DNA of 64,000 bases from an uncultured Planctomycetota bacterium (GTDB lineage: Bacteria > Planctomycetota > Planctomycetia > Isosphaerales > Isosphaeraceae), in the NCBI GenBank assembly GCA_963823665.1, contig CAWGMQ010000006.1, forward strand, positions 544,001 through 608,000, read 5' to 3'. Each line of letters starts with the position of its first letter. The first letter of the stretch is position 1. Below, one piece after another: positions 22,706 through 33,723 of the stretch. The position numbers and the translations under genes are program-made. The notes below the pieces were generated by a model. It did not search any database, was not told the DNA's origin, and was given only the letters and a program-made list of their open reading frames with translations.

Positions 22706-23841
22706 GAACTTGCTCCGCGGATCTGGTCGCCCACCCACTGTGCCAGGCGTTCGGGGCTCACGGCCGCAACGGACATTCCCGAGGAGACCGCGCTCGCCGC
22801 ATTGCCGGTGTGGTAGCGCGGCCTGGCGCTATCGTCCAGAGCGGCGAGACCCAGCAGCTTCGCACCGGAGTCGGCCAGCATGCGGATCTCGGCCAGCATC
22901 TCCGGTATGGACATTCCTTCTTCAAAATCCGTTACGAGCACGATCATCGTGCGGTTGGGGTTTCTGATTGCTTCGCGAGCGGCCCGCAAGCCCAGTCCGA
23001 TATGAGTGCCGCCACCCACGCTCACTTCCATCAAGAGCGCAAGCGGATCATCGACCGAATGCGACAGGTCGATAACCTCTGTGCTGAACGCGAAGAACCG
23101 GACGTCAATCGCCGGCAGCGCCGAGAAAATGGCCGCCACGAGCGCACTATAAATGACGGAAGCTTCCATCGACCCGGATACGTCCACGACGAAGATCAAA
23201 TGCCAGTCCATCTGGCGGTGCGCGGGCGTGCGGAACACGATCCGCCGCGGCGCGAGCGCGACGCGGCCGTCGGGTCTGCGGTAGGCAGTATCGAGATTCG
23301 TGTCCAGAGTTCGGGCAAAATCGAGGCGGCGGCTCCTCCGGTGGGTGGGTCGGGCCGTGGAGAGCCCCGATAAGGCCGTCCGAAGCCGATCCGCCAGTTG
23401 CGCGGCCAACCGCTCGGTGATTCTTCGCGCCAGTTTTCGCAACTGGCCAAGTTCCCGCTCAGGAAGCGCACCACGAAGGGCCAGGATTTGTTCGAGCAAA
23501 TTGACCGATGGCCTCACAGTGTTCGGGTTGAGATGCTCGAGAATCGCCGCCCGCCCCGCAGCGGCGGCATCGCCCATGACCTCCTCGCAGACATCCGCGC
23601 CGAAGAGACCACTCACTTCGTTAATCCATTCTCGTGCGGACGGCGATGCGGCTTCGGTTCCCCCGCGCCCGGCAAGGTCGTCTCTACGGCCACGGCCCTC
23701 GCGCGCACTGGCGCCGTATAACTGATCGAGCGCGGACGCGGCACGCTTGGCTTTTGCACTCCCACAGCCTTTCACCCCCAGAACCAGCCGCCAACGATCG
23801 GCCAGTGTGATTTCACCAGGCGGATCGCTGATTTGAATCAT
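22702..23841 (-). CDS. vWA (CoxE/YehP-like) domain, probably the C-terminal part of a DUF5682-vWA fusion
   Basis: RWRLVLG, MIDAS motif DVSGSM, GGGT, LVTDFEEG; overlaps the end of the DUF5682 ORF out of frame and has no clear RBS. Confidence 0.85.
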   Translation of the reverse strand: MIQISDPPGEITLADRWRLVLGVKGCGSAKAKRAASALDQLYGASAREGRGRRDDLAGRGGTEAASPSAREWINEVSGLFGADVCEEVMGDAAAAGRAAILEHLNPNTVRPSVNLLEQILALRGALPERELGQLRKLARRITERLAAQLADRLRTALSGLSTARPTHRRSRRLDFARTLDTNLDTAYRRPDGRVALAPRRIVFRTPAHRQMDWHLIFVVDVSGSMEASVIYSALVAAIFSALPAIDVRFFAFSTEVIDLSHSVDDPLALLMEVSVGGGTHIGLGLRAAREAIRNPNRTMIVLVTDFEEGMSIPEMLAEIRMLADSGAKLLGLAALDDSARPRYHTGNAASAVSSGMSVAAVSPERLAQWVGDQIRGASS

Positions 23842-26284
23842 CGTCGAGTGGCGCGCTCTGTTTCCCGGGCTCTCGCACAACAAACTCGGGTAAGAGCCGA
23901 GCAATCGCCGCGCGTCCAGCGCGGTCGGCGGCGGCTGCAGCGGCAAACGACTCTGGATCGTGGATCGCTTGTGCACGACTGGCTGCTGGTCCACCCGGCT
24001 CGAGGACCGCAAGCCGATCGGCGAGAAGCCGGGCGCGATCCGCAGACGCGAGCGTGTGAAATCCACCCCGCAAGGCCGGCAGTCTGACCAGAAACTCGTC
24101 ATCCGCTGAGCCGGCAAACCGGCTCTCGAGGCCGCTCAGCCAATCCGTGTCCGAGGAAACGAGCGGCAAGAGCGGAACCAGGAGGCCCTGCAATCGCGAC
24201 CGTAGTTGTCCGCGCCCTTCTGTCGCCCCAGCGCCGTCATACCAACTCGCGAGTATGGCAGAAAGCTCGTCGACGGTGACGAGCGCAAGCATCGCCAGGG
24301 CTCCCCAAGCCGCTCCCTGCATGCGCGGCGAGCCCTCTCGTTGCATGCGCACCAAACAGGAGCGTAATGCGGGAACAAGGGGAGAACGTTCCGTAGTCCC
24401 GCTTGAGCTTCCGCGGAGGTCGCCACGAACCATCGCCGTCAGATCGACCAGTGCAACCACATCCGCCGGGTCGTCGGACCCGCGCAATCCGTCCAGACCG
24501 CGTAGCGCGGCATTCAAGAGCGGCTCGGCGTCAAGCAGTTCCGCCGGCGCCTCGAACAAATCAACATCAGGTGGAGCGGCATCATCCCCGCGCAGGGGCA
24601 AGCCGACGAAATGGCCCACGGCGATGCGCTCGATGACCACGGCCGCTTCGATCAACTGAGCTGCTGACGCCGCGTGCAGGAAAGGGCCATCGAGCTGAGT
24701 CAAGAGTTTCTTGACCGAGTGTCCCAGTCCGCACTCCGCCGAAGCAGACAGGCGTGCGAGCGTTGTCGCCGGATGCTGATGCTCGGCCGAATCGGCGTCC
24801 GAATCAGCGGTCTCGGACTGGCGCAGCCGGCGCACGGCCGCCTCGCCGGCTTGCTCCAGGGTCGCGCCGTGGATGCCTGCCCCCTCGAGGGTCGCGGTCG
24901 TCGCGCCGGTCCATCGCACTTCCCAGACTTCGGTCAAGTTCTCGCGCATGCCCATGGGTTCGGCATCAAGCCGCCGCGCGTATTGAATGCCGACCAGACT
25001 CAATCGTCGCAAGAGTACGGCACGGCCCCGGTCGAGCCTCGAGCGTGACGGATCAAGACGGAGCTCGCGCGGGTCTTGATCAATCGTGTCAGAGCCAGGC
25101 AACTTCAGACGCACCATCGCCGCGTCGATCTGGGCGGCCAGCCCGCTGCGCGGCGTGCCCCTGGGCAACCGGCCACGCTGGTTGCCGACCAGAACCGTCT
25201 GTGCAGCGGCCGCGACTGCTCGGCCCCTGCCAAACAAGTCGCCCTGCACCAGTGAAGTCTCGATCGCTTCCAGCAGCTCGCCCCGGCCTGGCGCTCGATG
25301 ACCGCGCAGCCGCCCCAGGTCACGCGCCAGACGCACAATCTCGATCGCATCCGGAGTGCCCGCGACATGCCCTTGATCCCGCAAGTGACGGCAAAGCTCC
25401 ACAGCCAGGTCGGCGACAAGACGCTCGGCGATGGCTGGTTCGGACGCCGCAAGCATCGCCTGCTGCCACACTGGGTCCATCACTCCAGCCGGATAACCGC
25501 TGCGCTCGTCGAGCTGCGCGAATGAATAAGGAATGAGCGATGTGATCGGATCCTTGATTGGATACTTGTCGACGGCGGCAGCTACTGGTGCCTTCCAGAG
25601 CACCGGCTCCCTCAGGAGCGCCGCTGCGTGAAAAGAACCCACGACTGCGACCGAATGCTCAGGCGCCGCCGCCACCGCCGCCCGCATTGCCGCTTCGCGA
25701 TGAGCATCGGCGAAGGTTGGCCCGTTCGACGAATGCCGGACCATCCAGCCGAAGTAAAGAGCCGCCTTGCGAATCGCCTCCGCGGATGCGGCAGTCGCAG
25801 GCGTTTCCACGAGTTTTTCCCACAGCTCGCCGCTGTCGCGCGCGGCAAATCGGTTCAGCAGATTGGCGAGCGCCGTTTGTCGATCGGGCTCCTGATCGTG
25901 ATCGAGCGAATGATGCTCGAGCCGCCGCATCGCCGAGAGGCCCAGGTCGCAGGGGATAACGGGAACGTTTTGCGAGAGCGCCCAGCGAATCGCCGCAAGC
26001 TCGGGCGAGAAATCGGCGAGCGGATAAAACGAGATCAGCCGCGTCTCGTCGCAAGCGGCCAGCGCCACAGGTGCTTCCAGATCACTTCTGCCCAGGTACT
26101 CGAGCCAGGGCTCGAATTCTGGGGGCATCTCGACCAGTACCGATCTCGGCCGGAATTGAGCGAGCAGCTCGGGCATGACGCGCGCAAGCGCTGTCGAGTG
26201 GTGGCGCACGCCGATCAGGAACGGAGCGCGGCATTCGGCCAGCCGCGTGGGCACATCATCATTGGTTGAGTTCTTCGAGGACAT
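23813..26284 (-). CDS. DUF5682 (YehM-like) protein
   Basis: IGVRHHS, FYPLADFSPE, REAAMR, VVGSFH, SLIPYSF..LD.RSGYPAG; overlaps the AAA gene end. Confidence 0.82.
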   Translation of the reverse strand: MSSKNSTNDDVPTRLAECRAPFLIGVRHHSTALARVMPELLAQFRPRSVLVEMPPEFEPWLEYLGRSDLEAPVALAACDETRLISFYPLADFSPELAAIRWALSQNVPVIPCDLGLSAMRRLEHHSLDHDQEPDRQTALANLLNRFAARDSGELWEKLVETPATAASAEAIRKAALYFGWMVRHSSNGPTFADAHREAAMRAAVAAAPEHSVAVVGSFHAAALLREPVLWKAPVAAAVDKYPIKDPITSLIPYSFAQLDERSGYPAGVMDPVWQQAMLAASEPAIAERLVADLAVELCRHLRDQGHVAGTPDAIEIVRLARDLGRLRGHRAPGRGELLEAIETSLVQGDLFGRGRAVAAAAQTVLVGNQRGRLPRGTPRSGLAAQIDAAMVRLKLPGSDTIDQDPRELRLDPSRSRLDRGRAVLLRRLSLVGIQYARRLDAEPMGMRENLTEVWEVRWTGATTATLEGAGIHGATLEQAGEAAVRRLRQSETADSDADSAEHQHPATTLARLSASAECGLGHSVKKLLTQLDGPFLHAASAAQLIEAAVVIERIAVGHFVGLPLRGDDAAPPDVDLFEAPAELLDAEPLLNAALRGLDGLRGSDDPADVVALVDLTAMVRGDLRGSSSGTTERSPLVPALRSCLVRMQREGSPRMQGAAWGALAMLALVTVDELSAILASWYDGAGATEGRGQLRSRLQGLLVPLLPLVSSDTDWLSGLESRFAGSADDEFLVRLPALRGGFHTLASADRARLLADRLAVLEPGGPAASRAQAIHDPESFAAAAAADRAGRAAIARLLPEFVVREPGKQSAPLDDDSNQRSAW

Positions 26285-27473
26285 TGCGCAGGTCGTACAT
26301 CCGCTTCCAGAGTGCATCCTTTTCGCCGCGGCGCCGGATCGGGCCGTCCCAGTAAGCGAGCACGCGATCCCGGTCTTCTTGATTGTCCTTGAGCACCACG
26401 CCCAGGAGATAGCCGGGCAGCAAAGACACCGGGTCTTTTTGTGCGGCAAAGAATGCTCCTTGACGCGTGATCGCCGCGGCGACCGTGATCGCCTCTGCCG
26501 TGCTCATCACGGCTGCCGGCCGCTCGACGTTCCAACCTTCGTCGGTGCGACCCTCCCGCAAGTCGCGAAAGGTTGTCACGAGAATGTCGAGCAGCCGGGA
26601 ATCGACTTCGGCATCGGTGCCCGATTCGCTCAGCACGGCGTGTGCGCGGGCACGCACCAGCTCGATCTCTTGCTTCGCGTCGCCGATCGGCGGAACCGTC
26701 TCGAAATTCAACCGGCGCTTGAGGGCCGCGGACATTTCTGAAACGCCCCGGTCGCGCAGGTTTGCAGTCGCGATCATGTTGAAGCCTGGAAGCGCGAAAA
26801 CACTGCCGTGCTCGCCCTCGAGCTCGGGAATCATCATGCGGCGTTCGCTCAAGACGCTAATCAGGGCGTCTTGCACTTCGGGCAAGCATCGCGTGATTTC
26901 TTCGACGCGCACCAGCTTGCCGGTGCGCATGCCGGTGAGAACCGGCGAGGGCACGAGCGCCTCGGGCCGCGGCCCGCCGTCGAGCAGCATCGCGTAATTC
27001 CAGCCGTAGCGAAGATGGTCTTCGTTCGCACCAGCCGTGCCCTGAATCGTCAAGGCGCTTGTGCCGCTGATGGCCGCGGCGAGGAGCTCGCCCAGCATGC
27101 TCTTGGCCGTGCCCGGCTGTCCGACGAGCAACAAGCCGCGCTCTCCGGCCAGAGTGACCACGCACCGTTCCACGAGCGCGCGTGAGCCGACGAACTTGGG
27201 CTCGATGACCAGGGACCTGGGCGCATCAACCGGCAGGTCGGCTGAAGCGGCGGCCCGAATCGCGGCGGCGTGGGTGCCACACAAAAAATCGACCACCCGC
27301 TCGGGGGAAAGAAGCCACCCCGGCGGCCGCGGCGACGAATCGACCGCGCGCAGGAACGCAAGCTGGTCCGCGTAGCGTTCCTCCGCGGGCGGCTGCTGTA
27401 CCGACCGTGTCGGCGCCCTTCGCGCGAGGAGCGGATCGGAAGCGGCGGGGTCGGGAGACTTTTTCCTGGCCAT
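26259..27473 (-). CDS. MoxR/YehL-like AAA+ ATPase
   Basis: Walker A GQPGTAKS, Walker B VRVEEITR, sensor ATANLRDRG, MSAALKRR. Confidence 0.92.
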   Translation of the reverse strand: MARKKSPDPAASDPLLARRAPTRSVQQPPAEERYADQLAFLRAVDSSPRPPGWLLSPERVVDFLCGTHAAAIRAAASADLPVDAPRSLVIEPKFVGSRALVERCVVTLAGERGLLLVGQPGTAKSMLGELLAAAISGTSALTIQGTAGANEDHLRYGWNYAMLLDGGPRPEALVPSPVLTGMRTGKLVRVEEITRCLPEVQDALISVLSERRMMIPELEGEHGSVFALPGFNMIATANLRDRGVSEMSAALKRRLNFETVPPIGDAKQEIELVRARAHAVLSESGTDAEVDSRLLDILVTTFRDLREGRTDEGWNVERPAAVMSTAEAITVAAAITRQGAFFAAQKDPVSLLPGYLLGVVLKDNQEDRDRVLAYWDGPIRRRGEKDALWKRMYDLRNVLEELNQ

Positions 27474-27475
27474 GC

Positions 27476-30400
27476 TTATTTCGTCTTTTTCCGTCGTTTG
27501 ACTTCTTCATAGCGAGGCCCGTCGCCGTCTGTCACGCGCTGCCACGCCCCGGCAAAAACTTCTTCGAAGGGCCTCAGCACCATCGGACCGCCGGCAGGGC
27601 AAAGTACACCCGGATTCAGCTCGAATTCGACAAGCTGAGCGAGCTTCCAGCTTTCGATGGGCAACCAGGGCGCCTTGAGCACGGTCCATTCACCGGGAAG
27701 AAAGATCGCGCGACCCGCGCGCTCGCGCACTGCCTCAAGGACCAGCTTGCGGTCGATGAGCGCAGCCGACGCGTTCTTCAATTGTGCGGCTGTCCAGCCG
27801 TTCCAGTTGCGGAGGTTGGCCGCCGTGGGATCGGGCAGGGCGAGCACTTGAGCATATAGCACGGCTGCATCCTCGCCCAGCTTATATTTGGCGCGAATCG
27901 CTTTCACGACAGCCGCAGCCGTATGATTGGGGTTCTGGGGCCACTGTCCCTCCGGTACGTTTTTCGCCAGGATTGCCTTCGTCAGTTTCTGGAACCCGGG
28001 GCTCTTGATTGCGGCAACCAACGATGTGAAGCCGTCGGGAGAGATGTAGTCATACATGGCATCAGTGCCGAGAATACCTAGAAGGCGAGCCATGTCTCCC
28101 TGGTCCTTGAGCTTTGCCGGTCGATATGCAATCAGACCTTGAGACTGGCTGTCGAGCGCTGCTGCCGTGATAAAGCCGTCGTCAAAACGGGCTGTACCGT
28201 CCTTCGCGTTTGCCTTGGTCTTGCCGACATGCGTGCTGAGCCATTCCGACGGCTTGAGCGGTTCTTTTCGCCCATCGCCGTAAAGATGAACGGAGCGCAG
28301 CTCGAGCAATGTGACCGGCGAGTTGAGCGCCATCGTCGTGTGCTTGATCAATGCCGGCATCTGGGCTCGGCACGGATGCCCCGCGGCGGCTTCCGCGTGC
28401 ACGACCGCCACCAGTTGCACGATGGACCGAAGGGCTGCACCGAGATCCGCCTCGTCGCTCTTGTTTTTGCCGGCGAGCTCCAGGCCTCCGTAGGTCTTCT
28501 TCGAGTCGACCTTGAATTCCAGCTCGCGAGGCTGGAGGAGCGGATGATTGGCCGGGTCTGCAGCCGCAGCAAGAACGGTCTCATGATTTAGCCGCTGCCA
28601 GTTCGACGTCTTGCCCAGCACCGAGAGACGTGTTTGCAGTGCTGCCTCGATCTGCAAACGTTTGGGCATCTTTGCTTGCCAGGCCTTTTCGATCAGGCGC
28701 AATACGGGTGTGCGATCGGCGGCGAAGGGGGCGGCGCATCCTTGCGAGATCACCGCTCCATAAAGCTGGGTCCGAACCGCCGGATTCAGATTGCGCACCG
28801 CCTGCCTGCCGGCGCTCGCGTCAGTGGTCCTCAGGCCAAGGGCCGCGCGCAGATCGGCCGGCAAGAAATTGTGCTCGTAGCTGTCGACGTTCAGGCCTGC
28901 CAGCCAGATCAGCGCGATCTCCGCCGGCGAGGCGGAGAGCCTCGCGGCGGTTTCCTCCAATTCTGCCGGGGAAGGCAACGGCGGTTGGGTACAGGATTCG
29001 GCCGCAGCAGCGAACGCCTCCATCTGTGCACGATCGTACTGTGTCTTGATCCTGCGAACGTTCTTGACCGTGTAGCCAGGCGGAGCGCCGGGGGTTTTGG
29101 CTGTCGAATAGCGCAGGAATTGGTAGGGAAGCCGGTCGGCAAAATGAATTCCGATGAATAAGTCTTGGCCTTTTGTGATGGAAAATGATTGTCCGGCGGT
29201 GCCTTCCACATTGTAGCCACCCCAAGCGTTCTTCTTGGCGCCCTCGGGATTCCCGTCCATGATGTCGAACGATCCCGGGCGATCACCGATACCGAGATCG
29301 AGCCAGAGCTTGAGGAACTCGAGCCACGGCACCTCACTCTTGTCCTTCCTGTCCATTTTTATGGCCAGCGCGCCAGTACGCTTGCCAGGACCGCAGGGGC
29401 AGATCTTCGAGCATCGAGAACCACAGGTGGTTTATCTGCGGGAGACCACCCGCCTTGGAAGTTCCATTGAGAAACTCGGCGACTGCGGCGAGATGTTTGC
29501 TGAGGGAGGCCGCTGCGTCAATTCGAAGCACCGGGAATCCCCAGTGGGCCGCTGCGATGTCGCTCTGGCGATAGACAACCGACGTTGCACTTGTGGTTTC
29601 CTCGAATTTATCAGCGCTTGCCTTGTCGCGCAGGGCGATCAAGTCGGCACCCTCTTGTGCGGCCTGCTCGATCACATGCGCGACTCCGAGTGCCATGCGC
29701 TTTGGGGCCTCAGGCAGGAGCTTCTTGAGGGCCGAGAGAAGGTTCTTTCGCGCAACCGCTCCCAGTCCGCTACCGTGCGGCACGACTTGTGCGAGCGAAC
29801 GATCCTCCCCCACCGCCTTGAGCAACGTGGCGCACTGAGCGTGAGTAATGCCTCGCAGCTTCAGTGACGATGCTCGATCGCGCTGCCGGAGAAAATGCCA
29901 GAACTGGAGTGGCAAGACAGTCCGCTGCTCATCGGTGTCGTCGCTATCGAAATCGTGAGTTATGGCAACAATCGTCGAACCAGTTGGATCCCAGATCGAG
30001 TAATTCCCCGTACCAGAACCGGTTGCGGTCACCGGCAGGAATTCGTTCGTACCCGGCTGACGGAGCAGCGCCACCGGCATTGCGAAGGTACCGTCGGCAT
30101 CCATCAGAGGCTTGTCCCAGCGGCGGCCGTCGATCCCCTGGCCGAAGTAGCTGCCATCAGGGCGCTTGATCGTCTTCCATCCGATCATGCCGTCGCGCGT
30201 GCCGAGCGGCGAATCCGTGGCACCCGGAGGTGCCGGCCTCAAATCCGAAGCACTCCACTCAATCGTGCCGCCATCCGTTTCCTCAAACCAGGGCGGCACG
30301 CTCTCGCGACCGAGTTTTCCAGTGCGTGGGTCCACCTCGGTGATCTTCCAACGTTGCTCACCGGATTGCGGGTCGTACTCAGGGCTCACGCGCCAGAATC

Positions 30401-32513
30401 GCTGCCCGTCATGAAGGTAGGCGTGCGACGCGGGCATCTGCTTGTCGCCCGGTCGAACGGCCTTATCGCCCAGAAAAACACTTCCATCGTCCAGTAGAGT
30501 CGCCGTTCGTTCCGAGGCGCTTCGGAAGAACCAGTAGCTGGTGGCGTCGTGGTGCTGGGCGGGATCGCTGACCCAGTAGAAGCGTCCCTGGTACTTTTCG
30601 TCGCGATAATTGACCGCGAGATCGTCGCCGACGGCGACGATTGTGACGATCTCGCTCTTCTTGGGCAAACGCAGCTCGTGTTTCTGGATTTTGCCGTCGC
30701 CGCCGATGACCACCGCGTGAATCTTGTCGCAAACGACGATGCTGGGAAACGTGAGGTGGACGTTCGTGTCTCGGAGCTGATGTTGTTGGATCTTGATCTT
30801 GCTGCGATCGATCGCCTCCTCAAGAGCAGGCAGACCAAATTCTTCGAAGACACCGGCCTGGAGCGTTCGTCGCAGCATGTTGGCAGAATCGACGCGCATG
30901 AGCCGTTCCGCGAGATCCGGAAACAGTCGCATTGCATCGGGCCAGAGAGTCGAAGCGAGCCGACTCTGAGCCAGCTCAAAGCTGGCCAGTCCGCTCTCTT
31001 CCAGAATGTCAATGAGGCTCGATGTGTGTAGCCGCCACAACTGATTGATTCCGGGGCGATCGCCGGCAGCCAGGGGGAACGCCCGCTGTTCGAGCGCGGT
31101 CTGCTGATAGCCTCGTGTCTCCGCGCCGCCGCGACATGCGAGCGCCTGCTCGAGCCCACGGATGATCGCTGAGCTGAAGCGACCGTCCTTGGCCGACAGC
31201 ACGATATCCTGATTGCGGAGGGGATGGTCAACCGTCGCGGACAACCAGCCCGAGAAAGTCACCGCAAATGCCGGCGGCGGATCGCCGACTTTGATTCCCG
31301 ACACCAGGCACGCCTCGAGCACGTCAACGTCGACGTCCGTGCTGCGGTACCGCCCGCCAATCGAAAGCGAGAGGGGTTCGTTCTCTTTCTTCAGGCGCGG
31401 CGTCAGTTTCTCGAGCATCTGCAATGTGCGCTCTGGTGCCGGGATCGCATCATGTACGATGCGGCCGAACCAGGTGGCGATGGGCTCTCCGAGGGGCGGC
31501 GTTCCGTTGTGCTCATCCTTCCACAGGTATTCGAGGACTCCCCACTCTTCAAGTAACTCGAACCAAGGGCCAAGCTTGCTATCGCCGTAGTATCTCGGCT
31601 CTGGCTTGGTGTGCCTGAGGATTGCGATTGCGAACGCCGGATTGCGAGCCACGATCCGTTTGCAGTGGCTGCTGCACGTCTTCCAGAATTGGAGTGGCGG
31701 ACGACCCATCGCGGGAGATTCGATGACCTCTTCGAGCCACTTCTCGAGTTCCTTGTCGGCATCGAGCCGGGCGGCCTTGGCGAGCTTCATGAAATCCTTG
31801 GGCAGCGTGGCCCAGGGAGGCATTCCGCCGTTCGTGCGCCGCAGGCACAGGTCGCGGAAAATGTCGAACGCCTCTTTGGGCGGGTAGTGACCTTGCAAGT
31901 CGCCGCCATAATCCGAAAGTGCGTTGCTTGTGAGGCAGCCCGAGAGCACGAACTCCAGTATGACGTCTCGCCGGCGTGCGCGATCCGACTCGAGGGCGTG
32001 GACTCGCTCGGCTTCGAGCGACTTGTTGAGCGCCCGGCCGGCGTAGGTCGGATTGTCGAGATCTTTGAAGGCACGCCCCGCTTCCTCCCAGAACGGGGGC
32101 AGGAAATGGCGCACCGAGCGGCCGAGCTCCTTGGCCATTGCGGTGTAGGCGTCCCACGCGTGGCCGGGCTTCGAGCGGGCCTGGCGCGCGGCGGCCTTCA
32201 TTTGCTTGACGAGGTCGAGCGCGAAGCGGGCGTTCGCAGGATCATTGATGAGAGCCCAGGCAGCGAAACCGAGGCTGCGGCGTTGTTGCACCGCCAGGGG
32301 CGCGGAGACATCGGGCGCCAGGAAACCCAGGAACTCCATCGCCAGGTCTTCGGCCTGGCCGAGACGATCCGACGCCAGGCGAATCACCGTGCGATCACCA
32401 AGCGCGGGATGGCGATAGGCCCGAGCGACGATTTGTTCGGTTGACGCCGCGTCGACCTTGGTCTTCGCAATGAGGAGTCCACCTGCTTCGAGCTGCGCTG
32501 CGGCATTTTTCAT
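27476..32513 (-). CDS. Giant (~1680 aa) hypothetical protein of the DUF4132-MoxR-vWA-SWIM operon, copy 1; one frameshift near 29372
   Basis: Start MKNAAAQLEAGG overlaps the DUF4132 stop; ORFs 29334..33098 and 27476..29356 are joined by a 2-nt difference relative to copy 2; stop lies 2 nt before the AAA start. Confidence 0.8.
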
Positions 32514-33060
32514 TCCGCACCTTCCTCCTGCTTCTCGACCTTGCGTTTCGCATAAATCTGCGAAGCCATTCGCACGCCTTCGCTGAACGTGACGCGGCCC
32601 ACGCCGGCGATCTTGACCGGCTTCTGTTCGCCGTCCACGAAAATCAACTCTCCGGTGTAAGTCTCTAACTCGGGAGAATCGCTGCCGATCCAGTAGCGGG
32701 CTTCGATGGGACTGGCGTTCTCCCAGACCTTGCTGCACGCGTAACCACCGCGCACCGGATAGCCGAGCCGCCGGCAAAGCGAGCTTACGAAGTTCAGTTG
32801 TTCGAATCGACCATTGCTGAAATCCATGATCTTGGACTGTTCTTGCTGCGGCTTCGTCGGCGCGAAGGTTGGGCGGAAGATTTGCTCGATCGCTTGAGAG
32901 AACGCCATGTCGGCGGCAATCTCGCGCGGCTCTTCGAGTCCGTCGATCAGGATCGGATAGGGGATCAATATTTGCGCGGCGGCGATCCATTGCGTTTCGC
33001 CGTCTCGATCGATCACGCCGATGCCTCTTTTCGGGTCTCTGCTGTGCGAGGCTTGTCCAT
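32510..33060 (-). pseudogene. DUF4132-like gene, copy 1, with an out-of-frame internal deletion of about 379 bp
   Basis: ATG GAC AAG CCT CGC ACA GCA GA is joined directly to GAC CCG AAA AGA GGC at 33037/33038; intact copy 2 has 39307..39685 between the matching points. Confidence 0.85.
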
Positions 33061-33141
33061 GAGTGACTCACTTCTCGAAAGTCATGGGCATCTGTCACGT
33101 CCTCTCGGGTTATCGAGGCCGCGATCCGTAACGATTTTCAG

Positions 33142-33281
33142 AGCGGTACCCGGGTGTCAACGGTCTTTATTCTGCCAGTCGGCCCCGACCGGGACAAGGT
33201 GCGGCGACTCGTCGGCCGCTGGCTCCTGGCTGGTCTCGCGCATCCGGCCCAGGCGGCGGTAGAGCGACCGCAGCGCCAGCC
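33142..33281 (-). pseudogene. Diverged duplicate of the 3' end of the ABC permease gene (matches about 43868..44006)
   Basis: Translates LALRSLYRRLGRMRETSQEPAADESPHLVPVGADWQNKDR*, against LALRSFDRRLGRMR(E)TSQEAADEESSRLVPVGAGWQNEGLR in the permease. Confidence 0.85.
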
Positions 33282-33469
33282 TCGAGCGCGTGAAGAGGGA
33301 ATGCGGGAGGGGAGAGATTGCACGGGGGTGAAACTGATTGGAAAAGGCGGCGAGTGGGACCGCGTTCGACAGGTTGGTCTAGTCGCGGAGGCCTGTAGGG
33401 CGGCACAGGCCCCTGCGCGCGAACTCTCCCTCCACCGCCTGCGGCGGCACATCTCCGCAACGAAGGACC

Positions 33470-33596
33470 GTGACAAAAGGATGGGTGTCTGGAATGCGTG
33501 TTTTAGTGTCACCTGACAGGTGTCTCGGTTCCCCCCTCTGGGTTCCCCTCTGAGTTCCCCTGTCGGCTGCAGAGGGTGGGTGTCTGGGTTCCCCCG
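33470..33596. repeat. Cluster of short GGTGTCT(G/C)GGTTCCCC / GTTCCCCTCTG repeats at the break point of the truncated AAA copy; possible mobile-element or REP-like footprint
   Basis: GGTGTCT x3, GTTCCCC x4 and the palindrome CACCTG-A-CAGGTG; homology to the AAA gene stops exactly here. Confidence 0.55.
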
Positions 33597-33721
33597 CGAA
33601 GGAATGCAAGCTGGTCGGCGTAACGTTCCCCCGCGGGCGGTTGTTGTACCGACCGTGCCGGCGCCCTTCGCGCGAGGAGCGGATCGGAAGCGGCGGGGTC
33701 GGGTGACTTTTTCCTGGCCAT
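33595..33721 (-). pseudogene. Truncated duplicate of the first ~42 codons of the AAA+ ATPase
   Basis: MARKKSPDPAASDPLLARRAPARSVQQPPAGERYADQLAFLR matches the N-terminus of 26259..27473. Confidence 0.9.
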
Positions 33722-33723
33722 GC

